Translations under genes and position numbers: made by a program | Shown here: in pieces, positions 49,001 through 58,317 of the stretch | How the letters are laid out: each line of letters opens with the position of its first letter | Numbering within the stretch: position 1 is the first letter of the stretch | Notes under the pieces: model-generated | The model's input: the letters and a program-made list of their open reading frames with translations, nothing else | What the model was told of the DNA's origin: nothing | Database searches by the model: none | Assembly: GCA_934481515.1 (NCBI GenBank) | Contig: CAKSPO010000004.1 | Location: 2,661-66,660, forward strand | Origin: an uncultured Eubacteriales bacterium | Lineage (GTDB): Bacteria > Bacillota > Clostridia > Oscillospirales > CAG-272 | Direction of reading: 5' to 3' | DNA: 64,000 nt

Positions 49001-49734
49001 AGCAACCGTTCCTTGAGAACCTTTCCGTAGGAGGTTGAAAAATAATCGTTTTCCGTTTCTTCGGAAAGCAGAGTTGCATAATGCTTCAGTGTTTCCAAAC
49101 CATCCGGCGACGCGGAAAAGCTTTCGGCAAACCGGAGAAGCGTCTCGTCAAGCTTTCCGTCGCTCCGGTTGGAAATCAGATGATCCAGCGCGGTTGCAAA
49201 CGGATTTTCACAGATGCCGGACAGAACTGAGCGGTCGGCGTCCCGATCTGCACTTTCTGTGGCATTTTCCGTATCCGGAAGATATCGGCGGTAAAATTCT
49301 TCAATAATGCCGTCCAGAATTTCGGTTTTCAGAGAGAAAAGCTCACCGCCGTCCGTCACCCGGAAGGAAGCGGGAATCGACAGGCGGTCAAAATTTGCAC
49401 GCACCGCTTTACCGAAAAACGAGTCGATGGTGGAAATCTGTGCACTGCCCAGCAAAAAGAGCTGATTGGAAAGGCGTCGGTCTCCGGGATGTGCCGCAAG
49501 AGCGGCGGACAGGGCGGACGCAATCCTGGATTTTAGTTCCGCAGCGGCGGCGCGCGTAAAGGTAACCACCAGCATCCGGGAAAGATCGGCAGGATGCTTC
49601 CTGTCGGTCAGACGCCGGATGATTCGTTCGGTCAGGACACTGGTTTTTCCGGAACCGGCGGCAGCGGAGACCAGAAGCGTTTTGTTATGCTCGCGCATGG
49701 CTTCCTCTTGGGAAGCCGTCCAGCTTCTTGACAT
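46015..49734 (-). CDS. addA: helicase-exonuclease AddAB, subunit AddA
   Basis: UvrD-type motifs (AAAGSGKT, DEYQD, VMTVHGSKGLEF) and a C-terminal PD-(D/E)XK nuclease (GSMDLL...DYKTD). Start at ATG 49734 overlaps the addB stop. Confidence 0.92.
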   Translation of the reverse strand: MSRSWTASQEEAMREHNKTLLVSAAAGSGKTSVLTERIIRRLTDRKHPADLSRMLVVTFTRAAAAELKSRIASALSAALAAHPGDRRLSNQLFLLGSAQISTIDSFFGKAVRANFDRLSIPASFRVTDGGELFSLKTEILDGIIEEFYRRYLPDTENATESADRDADRSVLSGICENPFATALDHLISNRSDGKLDETLLRFAESFSASPDGLETLKHYATLLSEETENDYFSTSYGKVLKERLLEAFREFSASLREFSELLAASDGDSYAKCAALLASDTDFCNAVADALEKEPYERVRNLVYGFLPGRFPSFRDKTVGVAAYQNWRGFLKKQVTEAQKYLRFSAEEIRGQMLETARLCKILYELLSEYSTRLLSEKKNRGVLEYDDIRSMLYRLLTNADGSPSPFAEKLAAEYDEIYIDEYQDVDFLQDRIFSLIGGNRRFMVGDIKQSIYGFRGSEPSIFSGYRSLFPLSSDSHSDTSDGVCVFMSENFRCDSPVIRFTNQVCSFLFSACEKSVGYRPQDDLICSKPSPETLSSGHPLPVEVTVFDAKPSAKKAPAEAVELPAEESADDASDEIRWVAERVENLLSDGILDSGKRILPEDIAILTRTNETDRMFAAELKKRGIPVLVQGGNPLLENPLLTELMNLLYAIDNPYRDLPLSEFLLSPIGDFSLEELSLIRSASSKDTSLYTALCAFAESESEDPALTKKVTDLLTFLDVQRDSAMMQSADRFLRSLFLEERLLPYRDSPVLLFVYESARTYRRSSFCNLYGFLTYFSGLLESGNVSAGGFEKAESAVTVMTVHGSKGLEFPVVFLCACGAPFRQRESRKTPIWHRGIGCAAKLYDPLTGISSATALHDAVCMQAEEEQTEESIRVLYVALTRAREQLFVTGTLSKKRDSAIADAAGIRRGKRREILDGGSLLEWILASLNEPSAKAPDFPCRVSFLSYGSVAGVAPAEAVSNEEKLPSAEVRPPDRTDLDFASYSNAEKNFCYPQAGLIGLPAKAAASRLEKGFLDVCLAEAEEDSLELQLRMMESSAPVFDTILSDKQSVSAADIGTATHTFLQFCDFARLASDGMDAEAERMIAEKRMTAEAVSMIHRKQIRLFCNSTLMQLLLSAKEVRREQKFGIFLPMRSFTESQSLKETLGEQKLFVQGSMDLLLETENGSRILVDYKTDAVPEKIRTDPVSLEAFFREKHGMQLSCYATAMQRLFGVAPEKSFIYSLPLGKLILIPAPLLG

Positions 49735-52700
49735 CAGAAAGAACCTCCTTTCCGTACCGCCCGGTCGCAGTGCTCCCGTACAGGGCAAAAAGTACAGGCA
49801 TCCGCAGATGGCGTTTTTTCGGCTTCTCCGGCAAGGATCCGCCCGGCAATCCCGGTGACGGCGGCTTGCATATCCGCTTCCAATTGCCGAATTTCTTCCG
49901 CACTTTCCCGTAGCAGACGCTTCGTAAAGATACCGTCCTCCGTATGGTCGGCAGCACGAAGAACCGTATCCTCCGACAGCAGAAATCCCGAGCGGTGAAT
50001 TTCCAGACCGGACTGATTGACAGCATACAGATATTGCGCACCGGCAGGAAGCAGGTGCGACGGATCCGTGGCAAGGAAGGAGGAGAGATAGAGCACCAGC
50101 TGAATATCCCGCCCGCTTCGTACTTCATCCGGAGAAAACGTATGCTTTCCGGACTTGTAATCCACTACACGGACATAGGTTTTTTCACCGTCCTTCCACA
50201 AATCCACACGGTCGATTTTGCCGACCAGCTGGACAGAAGATCCGTCCGGAAGAGTCAGACGGGGGGAGGGAATCCGATCGGAATCCCCCCCGCCGATGCT
50301 TTGTTCGGTCAGCGCGGGGCGGAAAGAGCCGGAACGGATTTCGGTAAGAATATCGCGGAGCATCACCAGCGCCAACGACCGCAGGCGGGAAAAGAGATGC
50401 AGAAGTCTCCGATCCATTTCTTCCGGAGGTATCGGGAAAACATCGCGCAGGTATTCCGCAATCAGTCGGTCTGCCACAGCCTCGGCTTCCTCCGGCTCCG
50501 GCAAGGAAAGTGAGCCGTCCGCTCCGATGGCGGAGGAAATCAGCTTTTCAAAGATGTAGTGCAGAAAAATACCATCGTCCGCATAGCTCGGCGCACTGTC
50601 TTTTTTCTCCCGCAGAGAGAGACAATAGGTACTGTAGTAGCGATAGGGACAGAGCACAAATGCGGTAATCTTCGATTGCGAGAGCCGGAGAACCGCCGGT
50701 GAAGATACCGGCGGAAGTGCCAGAGGCCGTGCCGTCGCTTCTTTTTCGGAGGAGCAAAGCCTGCGTACCTCCTCCGCGTGAAAAATTTCAGGTGTCAGAT
50801 GCAAAAGATAACAGATGCGTGAAAACGCAACCGAAGGTGTACGTGCAGACCCGTCCGGCTGAAGCATCGGCGCGGAAATCCAAAGAAAATTCTGCGGCTT
50901 GGTGACCGCACGGTAGAGATAAAACAGCTCTTCCGCGAATCGGGTGGTTTCTCCGGAGCGGAACCTCAGCCCGACTCCCTCCAAAAATACCTTGTCCGAA
51001 TCCGAAAAGATACTGTCCTCCGGGGTGGAGGCGGGAAATTCACCTTCGCAAAGTCCAAGAAGAAACATTGCACGGACATTTTCCACCCGCAGTGTTGCGG
51101 CGGAACCGATCATCACACAATCCTGCACATTCGGTACCGATCCCATGTCCGAACCGGAAAGCAGAAGCGTCAGCGCGGCGGAAAATTCATCCGTAGTCAA
51201 TTCCGCATCCGGCAGAATCCGGCACAGTGTGGAAAGAATCTCCGTCAGAGTCTGCCAGAGCCGTAGTGTTTCTCCCGCCTCCCGGCGTTTCCCGTCGGTC
51301 AGTTCTGCTTTGGCGCGTGCAGAAAGCGCCATGGGAATGTCCATGGCGGTCAGATACGAGTAAAGTGCACGGCAACGGTCACTGAGCCTGTGAGAGAGAC
51401 GCATGGAAGCGGAAAAGGCTTCCAGCGGAGGCACCAGACGCTCCCGCACCCGATTGGCGGCGGAAAGAATTTCAGCTCCCCGCGCGGAGAGCGTTACCGT
51501 CAGTCCATCCGGATTCATGCTCCATGCGGATTCCCTGAAACGGGAACCGTTGATGTGCCATGTTTCACAGTATTCTTCGAAGGATGCGGCGTCCGCGGTA
51601 CTCACACCGCATAGCCCTGTTTTCAGTAGCGTTATGACATCCGCAAGGCGGTAGTTTCTTCCGACAATCCGCAACGCCGACAGAATCAGACGAAACAATG
51701 GCTTGACGGAAAGATCAGTGCGCTCCGAGAGGAAGAAGGGAATTCCGTGACGCTCCAGCGCGGCATCCAGAACTCCTCGGTAGACTTCCGTGTCCCGCAC
51801 GACCACGGCAATGTCACCGTAATGCATGCCGGACTGTACCAGCCCCTGAATCTGCAAAGCCGCCGCTTCGGATTCCTCATAGAGGTTTGCACATTGAACG
51901 GCGCGAACCTCCGGATGCGTTTCATCCGGAGCCTTTGGCGCAGGAACAGCCGAGTAATCCCACAGCTGACGCTCCAGAGTGCGGAAAGCCTCCGGCTTTG
52001 ACGCATCCTCGCCTGTCAGAACATTCCAAACCGCTTCGCAATCGGTTTCTTCCGCCAGCCTTGTAAGCTGCCGTGCACTTTCCCGCGTGACCTCAAAATG
52101 CGGAAGCGTGCCGCGCGGAGCATCCATGCAAAGTGCGACCGTTACCGTATCCGCCTGCCGGAGTAACTCCCGCAGAACCGCATATTCCGGAACGGTAAAG
52201 TCGGTAAAGGAATCGATATAGATATGATATCCGCGGAAATAAGCATGCTCCCGGAGTTTTTCCGTCAGGCGCAGAAGAAGATCTGCCGGATCGTCTCCGA
52301 AGCATTCCTGCATTTTCCCGTGGTAGACCGCATCAATCAGAGCAAGATCCGAAAGCTTTTTTTGAAGCGAATGCTCCGGCGGAAGCTGTTGCGCGGCATC
52401 CTCCAGAAGCTCCGCATCAATCCCCGAACTGCGTAATTCCGCAATTGCACCAAGCATCATTCCGGTCAGAGCCGGATCACTTCCGACGGAGCCGTATTGA
52501 CGCAGAAGCGGTGCCTGTGTGCGCAGGGTATCCCACATCAGAAAGGCAGAAAGCCCGGAATTGACGGATGCCTGCGTTCCCCCGCCGTATTCCCGGAAAA
52601 CATCTTCGGCAAGACCGGAAAAGTTGACCGTTTCAAACCAAAGTCCGGCATTTTCCGGAAGACGCGCGGGAAGATCGCGTTCACTGATATAAGCCTGTTG

Positions 52701-52811
52701 CTCCGGAAGGAGAAGCAGGCACTTTTTTTCTTTCCGGATGTTTTCCCGGATTTGATCCAAAAGACAGGAGGTTTTTCCGGAGCCGGAAGGACCGCAGATC
52801 AGATTCAGCAT
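49734..52811 (-). CDS. addB: helicase-exonuclease AddAB, subunit AddB
   Basis: GPSGSGKT, a C-terminal nuclease (VDYKSGK), and Fe-S cysteines (CPYRYY...CTFCPVREHC). Start at ATG 52811 (MLNLICG). Confidence 0.9.
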   Translation of the reverse strand: MLNLICGPSGSGKTSCLLDQIRENIRKEKKCLLLLPEQQAYISERDLPARLPENAGLWFETVNFSGLAEDVFREYGGGTQASVNSGLSAFLMWDTLRTQAPLLRQYGSVGSDPALTGMMLGAIAELRSSGIDAELLEDAAQQLPPEHSLQKKLSDLALIDAVYHGKMQECFGDDPADLLLRLTEKLREHAYFRGYHIYIDSFTDFTVPEYAVLRELLRQADTVTVALCMDAPRGTLPHFEVTRESARQLTRLAEETDCEAVWNVLTGEDASKPEAFRTLERQLWDYSAVPAPKAPDETHPEVRAVQCANLYEESEAAALQIQGLVQSGMHYGDIAVVVRDTEVYRGVLDAALERHGIPFFLSERTDLSVKPLFRLILSALRIVGRNYRLADVITLLKTGLCGVSTADAASFEEYCETWHINGSRFRESAWSMNPDGLTVTLSARGAEILSAANRVRERLVPPLEAFSASMRLSHRLSDRCRALYSYLTAMDIPMALSARAKAELTDGKRREAGETLRLWQTLTEILSTLCRILPDAELTTDEFSAALTLLLSGSDMGSVPNVQDCVMIGSAATLRVENVRAMFLLGLCEGEFPASTPEDSIFSDSDKVFLEGVGLRFRSGETTRFAEELFYLYRAVTKPQNFLWISAPMLQPDGSARTPSVAFSRICYLLHLTPEIFHAEEVRRLCSSEKEATARPLALPPVSSPAVLRLSQSKITAFVLCPYRYYSTYCLSLREKKDSAPSYADDGIFLHYIFEKLISSAIGADGSLSLPEPEEAEAVADRLIAEYLRDVFPIPPEEMDRRLLHLFSRLRSLALVMLRDILTEIRSGSFRPALTEQSIGGGDSDRIPSPRLTLPDGSSVQLVGKIDRVDLWKDGEKTYVRVVDYKSGKHTFSPDEVRSGRDIQLVLYLSSFLATDPSHLLPAGAQYLYAVNQSGLEIHRSGFLLSEDTVLRAADHTEDGIFTKRLLRESAEEIRQLEADMQAAVTGIAGRILAGEAEKTPSADACTFCPVREHCDRAVRKGGSF

Positions 52812-53632
52812 GAGACATCTCCTTTCCCGTGAAGTAACAGATTCCGACGGATGGTTTCTCTCCCGCGCCAGGAGAAGGCACGGGAGGAGAAGGCGGTATC
52901 GTCCATTTCGTCCAGTCCTTCCAACGTGAGAACCGGCATCGCCGTTTCCCGGAAAAAAGGAATCGGCGAGTGGATGGTTCCTTCTGCTTTTGCCCGCTTC
53001 GTATAGGGACAAACCTCCTGGCAGATGTCGCATCCCCAGACCAGCGGATGCCGCCGCAGAAGAGCGGTTTCCTCTGCTGTCAAAGGCCCTTTCTTTTGCG
53101 TCAGAGCAGAGAGACAAAGCGTGTGCTCTTTTTCCGCAGGGCAGGCGCGCTGACAGGCACCGCAACCGGAGCAGGTACCGATCTCCACTGCCCGGCAGGG
53201 AAGAAACGCATCGGTGATGACTTCACCGAGAAAGACGAAGGAAGAATATTTTTCGGTCAGGAGCAGATGATTTTTTCCGATGACCCCCAGCCCCGCCTTT
53301 GCGGCGGCATCAATTTCGTCGATCGGAGAGTGATCGGCAAAGGCGGCAAACCGATTTTCCGGAAATTTTTCCGAAAGCAGCGGCAGCAGCCGATCCGAAA
53401 GCTGCTTCCAGAACAGGTGGTAGTCTGCGGAGACCGCATAGGCGGAGAGATTTCTGAGGGGCGCTTCTGCCGGCTCGGTGTAATAGGGAATCAGCACACA
53501 GAACACCGTTCCGTCGGCAATCCCGGCACGCTCCAACAGATATTTTTTGCGGATGATGCATGCGCTCAGCGGAATCGGAGCGATGGTATCCATTCCGTTT
53601 TTCAGAAAAAAATCAGACAAAAATGAAAACAT
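52805..53632 (-). CDS. epoxyqueuosine reductase QueG-like protein (short form: DUF1730 + 2x[4Fe-4S])
   Basis: CSGCGACQRACP and WGCDICQEVCPY ferredoxin motifs after a DUF1730-like N-terminus. Start set at ATG 53632 after AAGGAAAAGGG. Confidence 0.65.
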   Translation of the reverse strand: MFSFLSDFFLKNGMDTIAPIPLSACIIRKKYLLERAGIADGTVFCVLIPYYTEPAEAPLRNLSAYAVSADYHLFWKQLSDRLLPLLSEKFPENRFAAFADHSPIDEIDAAAKAGLGVIGKNHLLLTEKYSSFVFLGEVITDAFLPCRAVEIGTCSGCGACQRACPAEKEHTLCLSALTQKKGPLTAEETALLRRHPLVWGCDICQEVCPYTKRAKAEGTIHSPIPFFRETAMPVLTLEGLDEMDDTAFSSRAFSWRGRETIRRNLLLHGKGDVSC

Positions 53633-53655
53633 CCCTTTTCCTTTCCGCATTTTTG

Positions 53656-53664
53656 TGATATAAT
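53656..53664 (+). promoter_or_regulatory. extended -10 promoter element upstream of htrA
   Basis: TGaTATAAT (53656-53664). The -35 is poor (ttttcc). Confidence 0.4.
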
Positions 53665-53828
53665 GGACATAATGAATCTTATAAAGATTTTAACATAAAA
53701 TGCTTCCGAATACAAGATGTACGCTGATTTTTCAGACTTTTTTTCAATCTCCGTCAAGCAGTCGTCACAATAAAAAATTATACTTTTCTCAGTACCGAAA
53801 AAGTTTCGGGGAAACGGAGGAATGTCAT

Positions 53829-55142
53829 ATGAATCAACCGAATTCACAATATGATAACGGCTTCTTTGACCGAGACAACGAGAATGGGACCTGCAATTAT
53901 ACTTTTTCCGACGGAGGCGACGCACCTGAAGATCCGAAACGGAACCACAAAAATCCGCACGGCGGCAAACCGCATGGCGGCTGGGGCATCCTTGCATTTC
54001 TGCTTTGCATTGCCATTTCCTTCGGTGCCGGCTTCGGCGGAGTGATGGCTGCGGAAAAGTATGTCGGAACGAAGGACAACGGAACCGATCAGGCAGGAAA
54101 TTCTTCCCTTTATACAGCAAACGCAGCAGCCTTGCTTCCGAAGAGTGAAGCGGCGCACTCCGTTAAAGGCTCTGCCGGAGAGGAAGTTTTCTCCGTCTCA
54201 CAGGTTGCCGCCATGGTCGAGAATACGGTCGTTGTCATTGATGTCAGTACAAAAACCACCGGACGGTTCGGCACCACCGAACAGGTAACCGGCTCCGGCA
54301 GTGGTGTTATCATTTCGGAAAACGGCTACATTCTCACCTGCAATCACGTGGTGGAAGGAGCCAGCTCCGTAAAGGTGACCCTCAAATCCGGCGACGCATA
54401 TGACGCTGTATTGGTCGGGTGCGACGAAGCCGGCGATATCGCAGTGCTGAAAATTGATGCGGGAACATCTCTTCCTTACGCGGAGCAGGGATGCAGTGCG
54501 GATCTGGTGGTCGGAGAATGGGTCGTTGCCGTGGGGAATCCGTTGGGAACCCTTGGCGGAACCGTTACCACCGGCATCATCAGCGCCACCGAGCGGAACG
54601 TTACCATGTCGGACGGGAGCGAAATGACCCTGATCCAGACCGATACCGCCATCAACAGCGGGAATTCCGGCGGCGGGCTTTTCAACCTGAAGGGGCAGCT
54701 GATCGGAATCGTCAACGCAAAATATTCCGCCAGCGGTGTGGAGGGACTTGCTTTTGCCATTCCGATCGATACCGCATACGTGGCGGAGCTGGATCTGATT
54801 CAGTACGGCTACGTCCGGAATATCATTGACGACGGTCTGACGCTTCTGGAGGTGACGGAAGAGGATCTGAAAAACTTCAATTCCTACTACACCCTGCGTT
54901 ATTACGGCATTTCCGAGCCGGGACTGTACGTGGTGGAATCCACTCTCTGCACGGAACTGCAAAACAAAGACCGGCTGATTTCCGTTGACGGTACCGAAGT
55001 TTCCACACAGGCAGAGTTGGATGCCATTATCAAGGAACACAAGATCGGAGATACGCTGACCATTGTGGCTCTCAGAGACGGCAAAAAAATCACCGCATCG
55101 CTGACTCTGCAGGAATATGTGCCGGATCGGCTGAAGAAATAA
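53829..55142 (+). CDS. htrA: HtrA/DegP family serine protease with PDZ domain
   Basis: One TM, catalytic His (TCNHVV), Asp (DIAVLKI) and Ser (NSGNSGGGLF), and a C-terminal PDZ. Start at ATG 53829 after GGAGGA. Confidence 0.9.
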   Translation: MNQPNSQYDNGFFDRDNENGTCNYTFSDGGDAPEDPKRNHKNPHGGKPHGGWGILAFLLCIAISFGAGFGGVMAAEKYVGTKDNGTDQAGNSSLYTANAAALLPKSEAAHSVKGSAGEEVFSVSQVAAMVENTVVVIDVSTKTTGRFGTTEQVTGSGSGVIISENGYILTCNHVVEGASSVKVTLKSGDAYDAVLVGCDEAGDIAVLKIDAGTSLPYAEQGCSADLVVGEWVVAVGNPLGTLGGTVTTGIISATERNVTMSDGSEMTLIQTDTAINSGNSGGGLFNLKGQLIGIVNAKYSASGVEGLAFAIPIDTAYVAELDLIQYGYVRNIIDDGLTLLEVTEEDLKNFNSYYTLRYYGISEPGLYVVESTLCTELQNKDRLISVDGTEVSTQAELDAIIKEHKIGDTLTIVALRDGKKITASLTLQEYVPDRLKK

Positions 55143-55154
55143 AAAATCCGGAGA

Positions 55155-55179
55155 AAAATCCGGAGCAAGTCCGGATTTT
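55155..55179 (+). terminator. rho-independent terminator or attenuator after htrA
   Basis: aaaatccgga / tccggatttt, a 10-bp stem with loop gcaag. Confidence 0.7.
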
Positions 55180-55256
55180 GAAACCGTTTTGCACGGCTCC
55201 TTTTGAAAAACAATAAAAAAACAGACAGCAGGTCATGCAGAAAGGACGGACAGGAT

Positions 55257-55952
55257 ATGTACCATATTTTAGTAGTAGACGATGAATCCCGCATTCGCTC
55301 CATCATCCGCAAGTATGCGGAATTCGAAGGGCATGAGGTTACCGAAGCATGCGACGGTATGGAGGCGGTTCTCCTTTGCAGGAAGAACACCTATGATCTG
55401 ATTATCATGGATATCATGATGCCGGAGCTGGACGGCTTTTCCGCCTGCCGTGAAATCCGTAAGGTCACACAGACACCGATCATCATGCTGTCTGCCCGCG
55501 GAGAGGAATATGACCGCATCAACGGGTTTGAGGTCGGTGTCGATGATTATGTAACAAAGCCGTTCTCCCCAAAGGAACTGATGCTGCGTGTGGATGCCAT
55601 CATGAAACGGGTCAGAACCACTGCAACGGCGCCGCAGGAAGCAAAGCCGAACGTGGTGATTGAGCTGGACGGAGGCGGTCTGCGCGCGGACATTACGGCG
55701 CGGCTGGTATACGTGGACGGAAAACGGGTGGATATGTCTCCCAAAGAATATGACCTGTTCTTCTATCTGCTGGCAAATAGGAATATCGCCCTGTCCCGTG
55801 AAAAACTGCTTTGCGAGGTCTGGGGATACGACTTTTTCGGAGATGCCAGAACGCTGGATACCCATATCAAGCTTTTGCGGAAAAGTCTCGGACGGTACAG
55901 CAAATATATTGTCACGCTCCGCGGCGTCGGCTATCGGTTTGAAGAAGTATGA
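55257..55952 (+). CDS. OmpR/PhoB-family response regulator
   Basis: Receiver domain (ILVVDDE, IIMDIMMPELDG, K at VTKPF) and a winged helix (TLRGVGYRF). Confidence 0.92.
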   Translation: MYHILVVDDESRIRSIIRKYAEFEGHEVTEACDGMEAVLLCRKNTYDLIIMDIMMPELDGFSACREIRKVTQTPIIMLSARGEEYDRINGFEVGVDDYVTKPFSPKELMLRVDAIMKRVRTTATAPQEAKPNVVIELDGGGLRADITARLVYVDGKRVDMSPKEYDLFFYLLANRNIALSREKLLCEVWGYDFFGDARTLDTHIKLLRKSLGRYSKYIVTLRGVGYRFEEV

Positions 55953-57493
55953 AAAGGAAGGGAGAACTGACCGATAACCTCAGCATCCGTTGGAAGCTTG
56001 CGGCATATCTTGCGTTGTTCGTCGCGCTGGTTCTGATGGTCACATGGGTGTTTCAGGTCTACCTTCTCAATGCGTTTTATGAGAGAGTCAAGCGGGAGGA
56101 ACTGATCCATACCGCGGAATCGCTGGAATCGCAGATTGACAGCAAGGATTTGCTCTCCTCCGCTTATAATTACGCGATCACGGGAACCATGTCCGTCATG
56201 GTCTATCGGCAAACCGAAGACAAGCTGAAAGAGGTTGTCGGTGTAGATGCCACCGGAAAAATCGGTGGAATCTATCGCGAGGAAAACATTCAGGACTATT
56301 ATCAGCGCGCTGTGGAAAACGGCGGAAGCTATATGGGGCAGTTTACCTTCGGTGGATACGAGGTGGAGCCGAATCGCTTCCCATACTTCGGCGCAGAGGA
56401 CAAGAACGAAAGCGGAGGGATCATCCGTTATGTGCAGGCAAAAAACGTACGGATGATTTATGCCAGGGTCATCTCCGACGGAGAAGGCAACCCGTGTATG
56501 ATCCTGCTCAATACGGGACTTCAGCCGGTAGATTCCACATCCAAAATTCTGGAAATGCAGTTCGGCTGGATTGCCGCGATTCTGCTGGTAATCGCCGCCG
56601 TCATGGTCGTCATCCTGTACCAGAAAATTTCCAATCCGCTGATCCGGATGACTGCGGCGGCAAAACAGTTGGCACTCGGAAAGTACGATGCGGAATTCGT
56701 TGCAGAGGGCTATAAGGAAACACGGGAACTTGCGGAAACGCTGAACTATGCTTCCTGTGAGCTTTCCAAGCTTGACCGCCTGCAAAAGGAACTGATTGCA
56801 AACATTTCCCATGACCTGCGCACGCCGCTCACCATGATCAAGGGCTACGCCGAGGTTATGCGGGACATTCCGGGAGAGAACAGCCCGGAGAATATTCAGA
56901 TCATCATCGACGAAACCTCCCGCCTCTCCGAGCTGGTCAATGACCTTCTCGACCTTTCACGAATCCAGTCCGGCACCCGGAAAGCGGTCATGGAGACCTT
57001 CCACCTTTCCGATGTCATTCGGGAGGTTATGAAGCGGTATGACGCATTTGTGCGGCACCGCGGCTACAAAATTATTGTCAATTGTGAGGAAGACGTCTGG
57101 ATTCACGCCGACCGCGGCATGATTCTGCAGGCACTCTATAACCTCATCAATAACGCTATCAATTATACCGGTGAAGACCTGACCGTTACCGTCACCCAGA
57201 CCGTTACGGCAAACCGTGTCCGGATTTCCGTGACCGATACCGGAGAGGGCATTTCCGAGGATCAGCTTCCCTTGATCTGGGATCGTTATTACAAGGTGGA
57301 CAAGGTTCACCGCCGCGCCATGATCGGAACCGGACTCGGACTTTCCATTGTCAAGGAAATTCTGGAGCTGCACGGAGCGGTGTTCGGCGTCAGCAGTAAG
57401 GTCGGAGAAGGTTCTACTTTCTGGTTTGAACTGCCGACCGTTCCGGCACCGGAAAATCAGAAAAAATCAGATCCGGAGGAATTGACCCCGTGA
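55949..57493 (+). CDS. sensor histidine kinase (2 TM, about 170-aa extracytoplasmic domain, HAMP, HisKA, HATPase_c)
   Basis: H-box ISHDLRTPLT, N-box LYNLINNAINYT, G1 DTGEGI, G2 GTGLGLSIV. ATGA overlap with the response regulator gene. Confidence 0.92.
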   Translation: MKRKGELTDNLSIRWKLAAYLALFVALVLMVTWVFQVYLLNAFYERVKREELIHTAESLESQIDSKDLLSSAYNYAITGTMSVMVYRQTEDKLKEVVGVDATGKIGGIYREENIQDYYQRAVENGGSYMGQFTFGGYEVEPNRFPYFGAEDKNESGGIIRYVQAKNVRMIYARVISDGEGNPCMILLNTGLQPVDSTSKILEMQFGWIAAILLVIAAVMVVILYQKISNPLIRMTAAAKQLALGKYDAEFVAEGYKETRELAETLNYASCELSKLDRLQKELIANISHDLRTPLTMIKGYAEVMRDIPGENSPENIQIIIDETSRLSELVNDLLDLSRIQSGTRKAVMETFHLSDVIREVMKRYDAFVRHRGYKIIVNCEEDVWIHADRGMILQALYNLINNAINYTGEDLTVTVTQTVTANRVRISVTDTGEGISEDQLPLIWDRYYKVDKVHRRAMIGTGLGLSIVKEILELHGAVFGVSSKVGEGSTFWFELPTVPAPENQKKSDPEELTP

Positions 57494-58317
57494 AAACATC
57501 TCTCTTGTCGCTCTTTGCCTGTCCGGTTTGCGGTGCATCGCTTGCGGATTCCGCCAATGGAAAAAGTGCCGTTTGTACGGGAATGCGTCCCCATTGTTTT
57601 GACTACGCAAGAAGCGGATACCTGAACCTTTCTGCCTCCCACGGCGGGGAAGGCGACGGAAAAGATGCAATCCGCGCCCGCCGCGCGTTTCTGGAGGCAG
57701 GCTATTATCAGAAGCTGTCCGACCGCATCAACGCGCTTTTGGAGAAACTTCATGCCGGGACCGTTCTGGATGCCGGATGCGGCGAGGGATACTATACCAA
57801 CCGCATGGCAAAGAACCGGGAAGTCGTCGGCATTGATCTTTCCCGTGACGGAATTGATGCGGCGGCAAAAAAGGCAAGAATGGATGCAACCGATACCGGT
57901 TTTGCGGTGGGAAGTATTTTTCGGTTGCCTCTGCAGGATGCGGCATTTGATGTCGTTACCAATTTGTTCGCCCCTTGTGCGGAAGCGGAATTTATGCGCG
58001 TACTCAAGCCGTCGGGAACCCTGATTCTGGTCGGAGCGGGAGAGCGCCATCTGCTTGGGTTGAAGGAGCTTCTTTACAATACTCCTTATCTCAACCCCGG
58101 CAGGGCTGACCTCCCCGTCCGCATGCGTCAGGTTGCACGTTACCGGCTGTCGGATGTCATCGACGTAGAGGGGAACGAACAGGTAACCGCCCTGTTTTCC
58201 ATGACGCCCTATTATTGGAGAACCTCTCCCGGAGATCGGGAAAAGCTGAACGGAATCACGCATCTGAAAACCGAAATCGACTTTGATATTTTTCTTTACG
58301 AAAAGGAGCCGCAATGA
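57490..58317 (+). CDS. rlmA: 23S rRNA (guanine-N1)-methyltransferase RlmA-like
   Basis: Collinear with E. coli RlmA: zinc motif CPVCG...C..., ARRAFLEAGYYQ, SAM motif LDAGCGEGYY, MTPYYWR. GTGA overlap with the kinase gene. Confidence 0.8.
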   Translation: MKTSLLSLFACPVCGASLADSANGKSAVCTGMRPHCFDYARSGYLNLSASHGGEGDGKDAIRARRAFLEAGYYQKLSDRINALLEKLHAGTVLDAGCGEGYYTNRMAKNREVVGIDLSRDGIDAAAKKARMDATDTGFAVGSIFRLPLQDAAFDVVTNLFAPCAEAEFMRVLKPSGTLILVGAGERHLLGLKELLYNTPYLNPGRADLPVRMRQVARYRLSDVIDVEGNEQVTALFSMTPYYWRTSPGDREKLNGITHLKTEIDFDIFLYEKEPQ

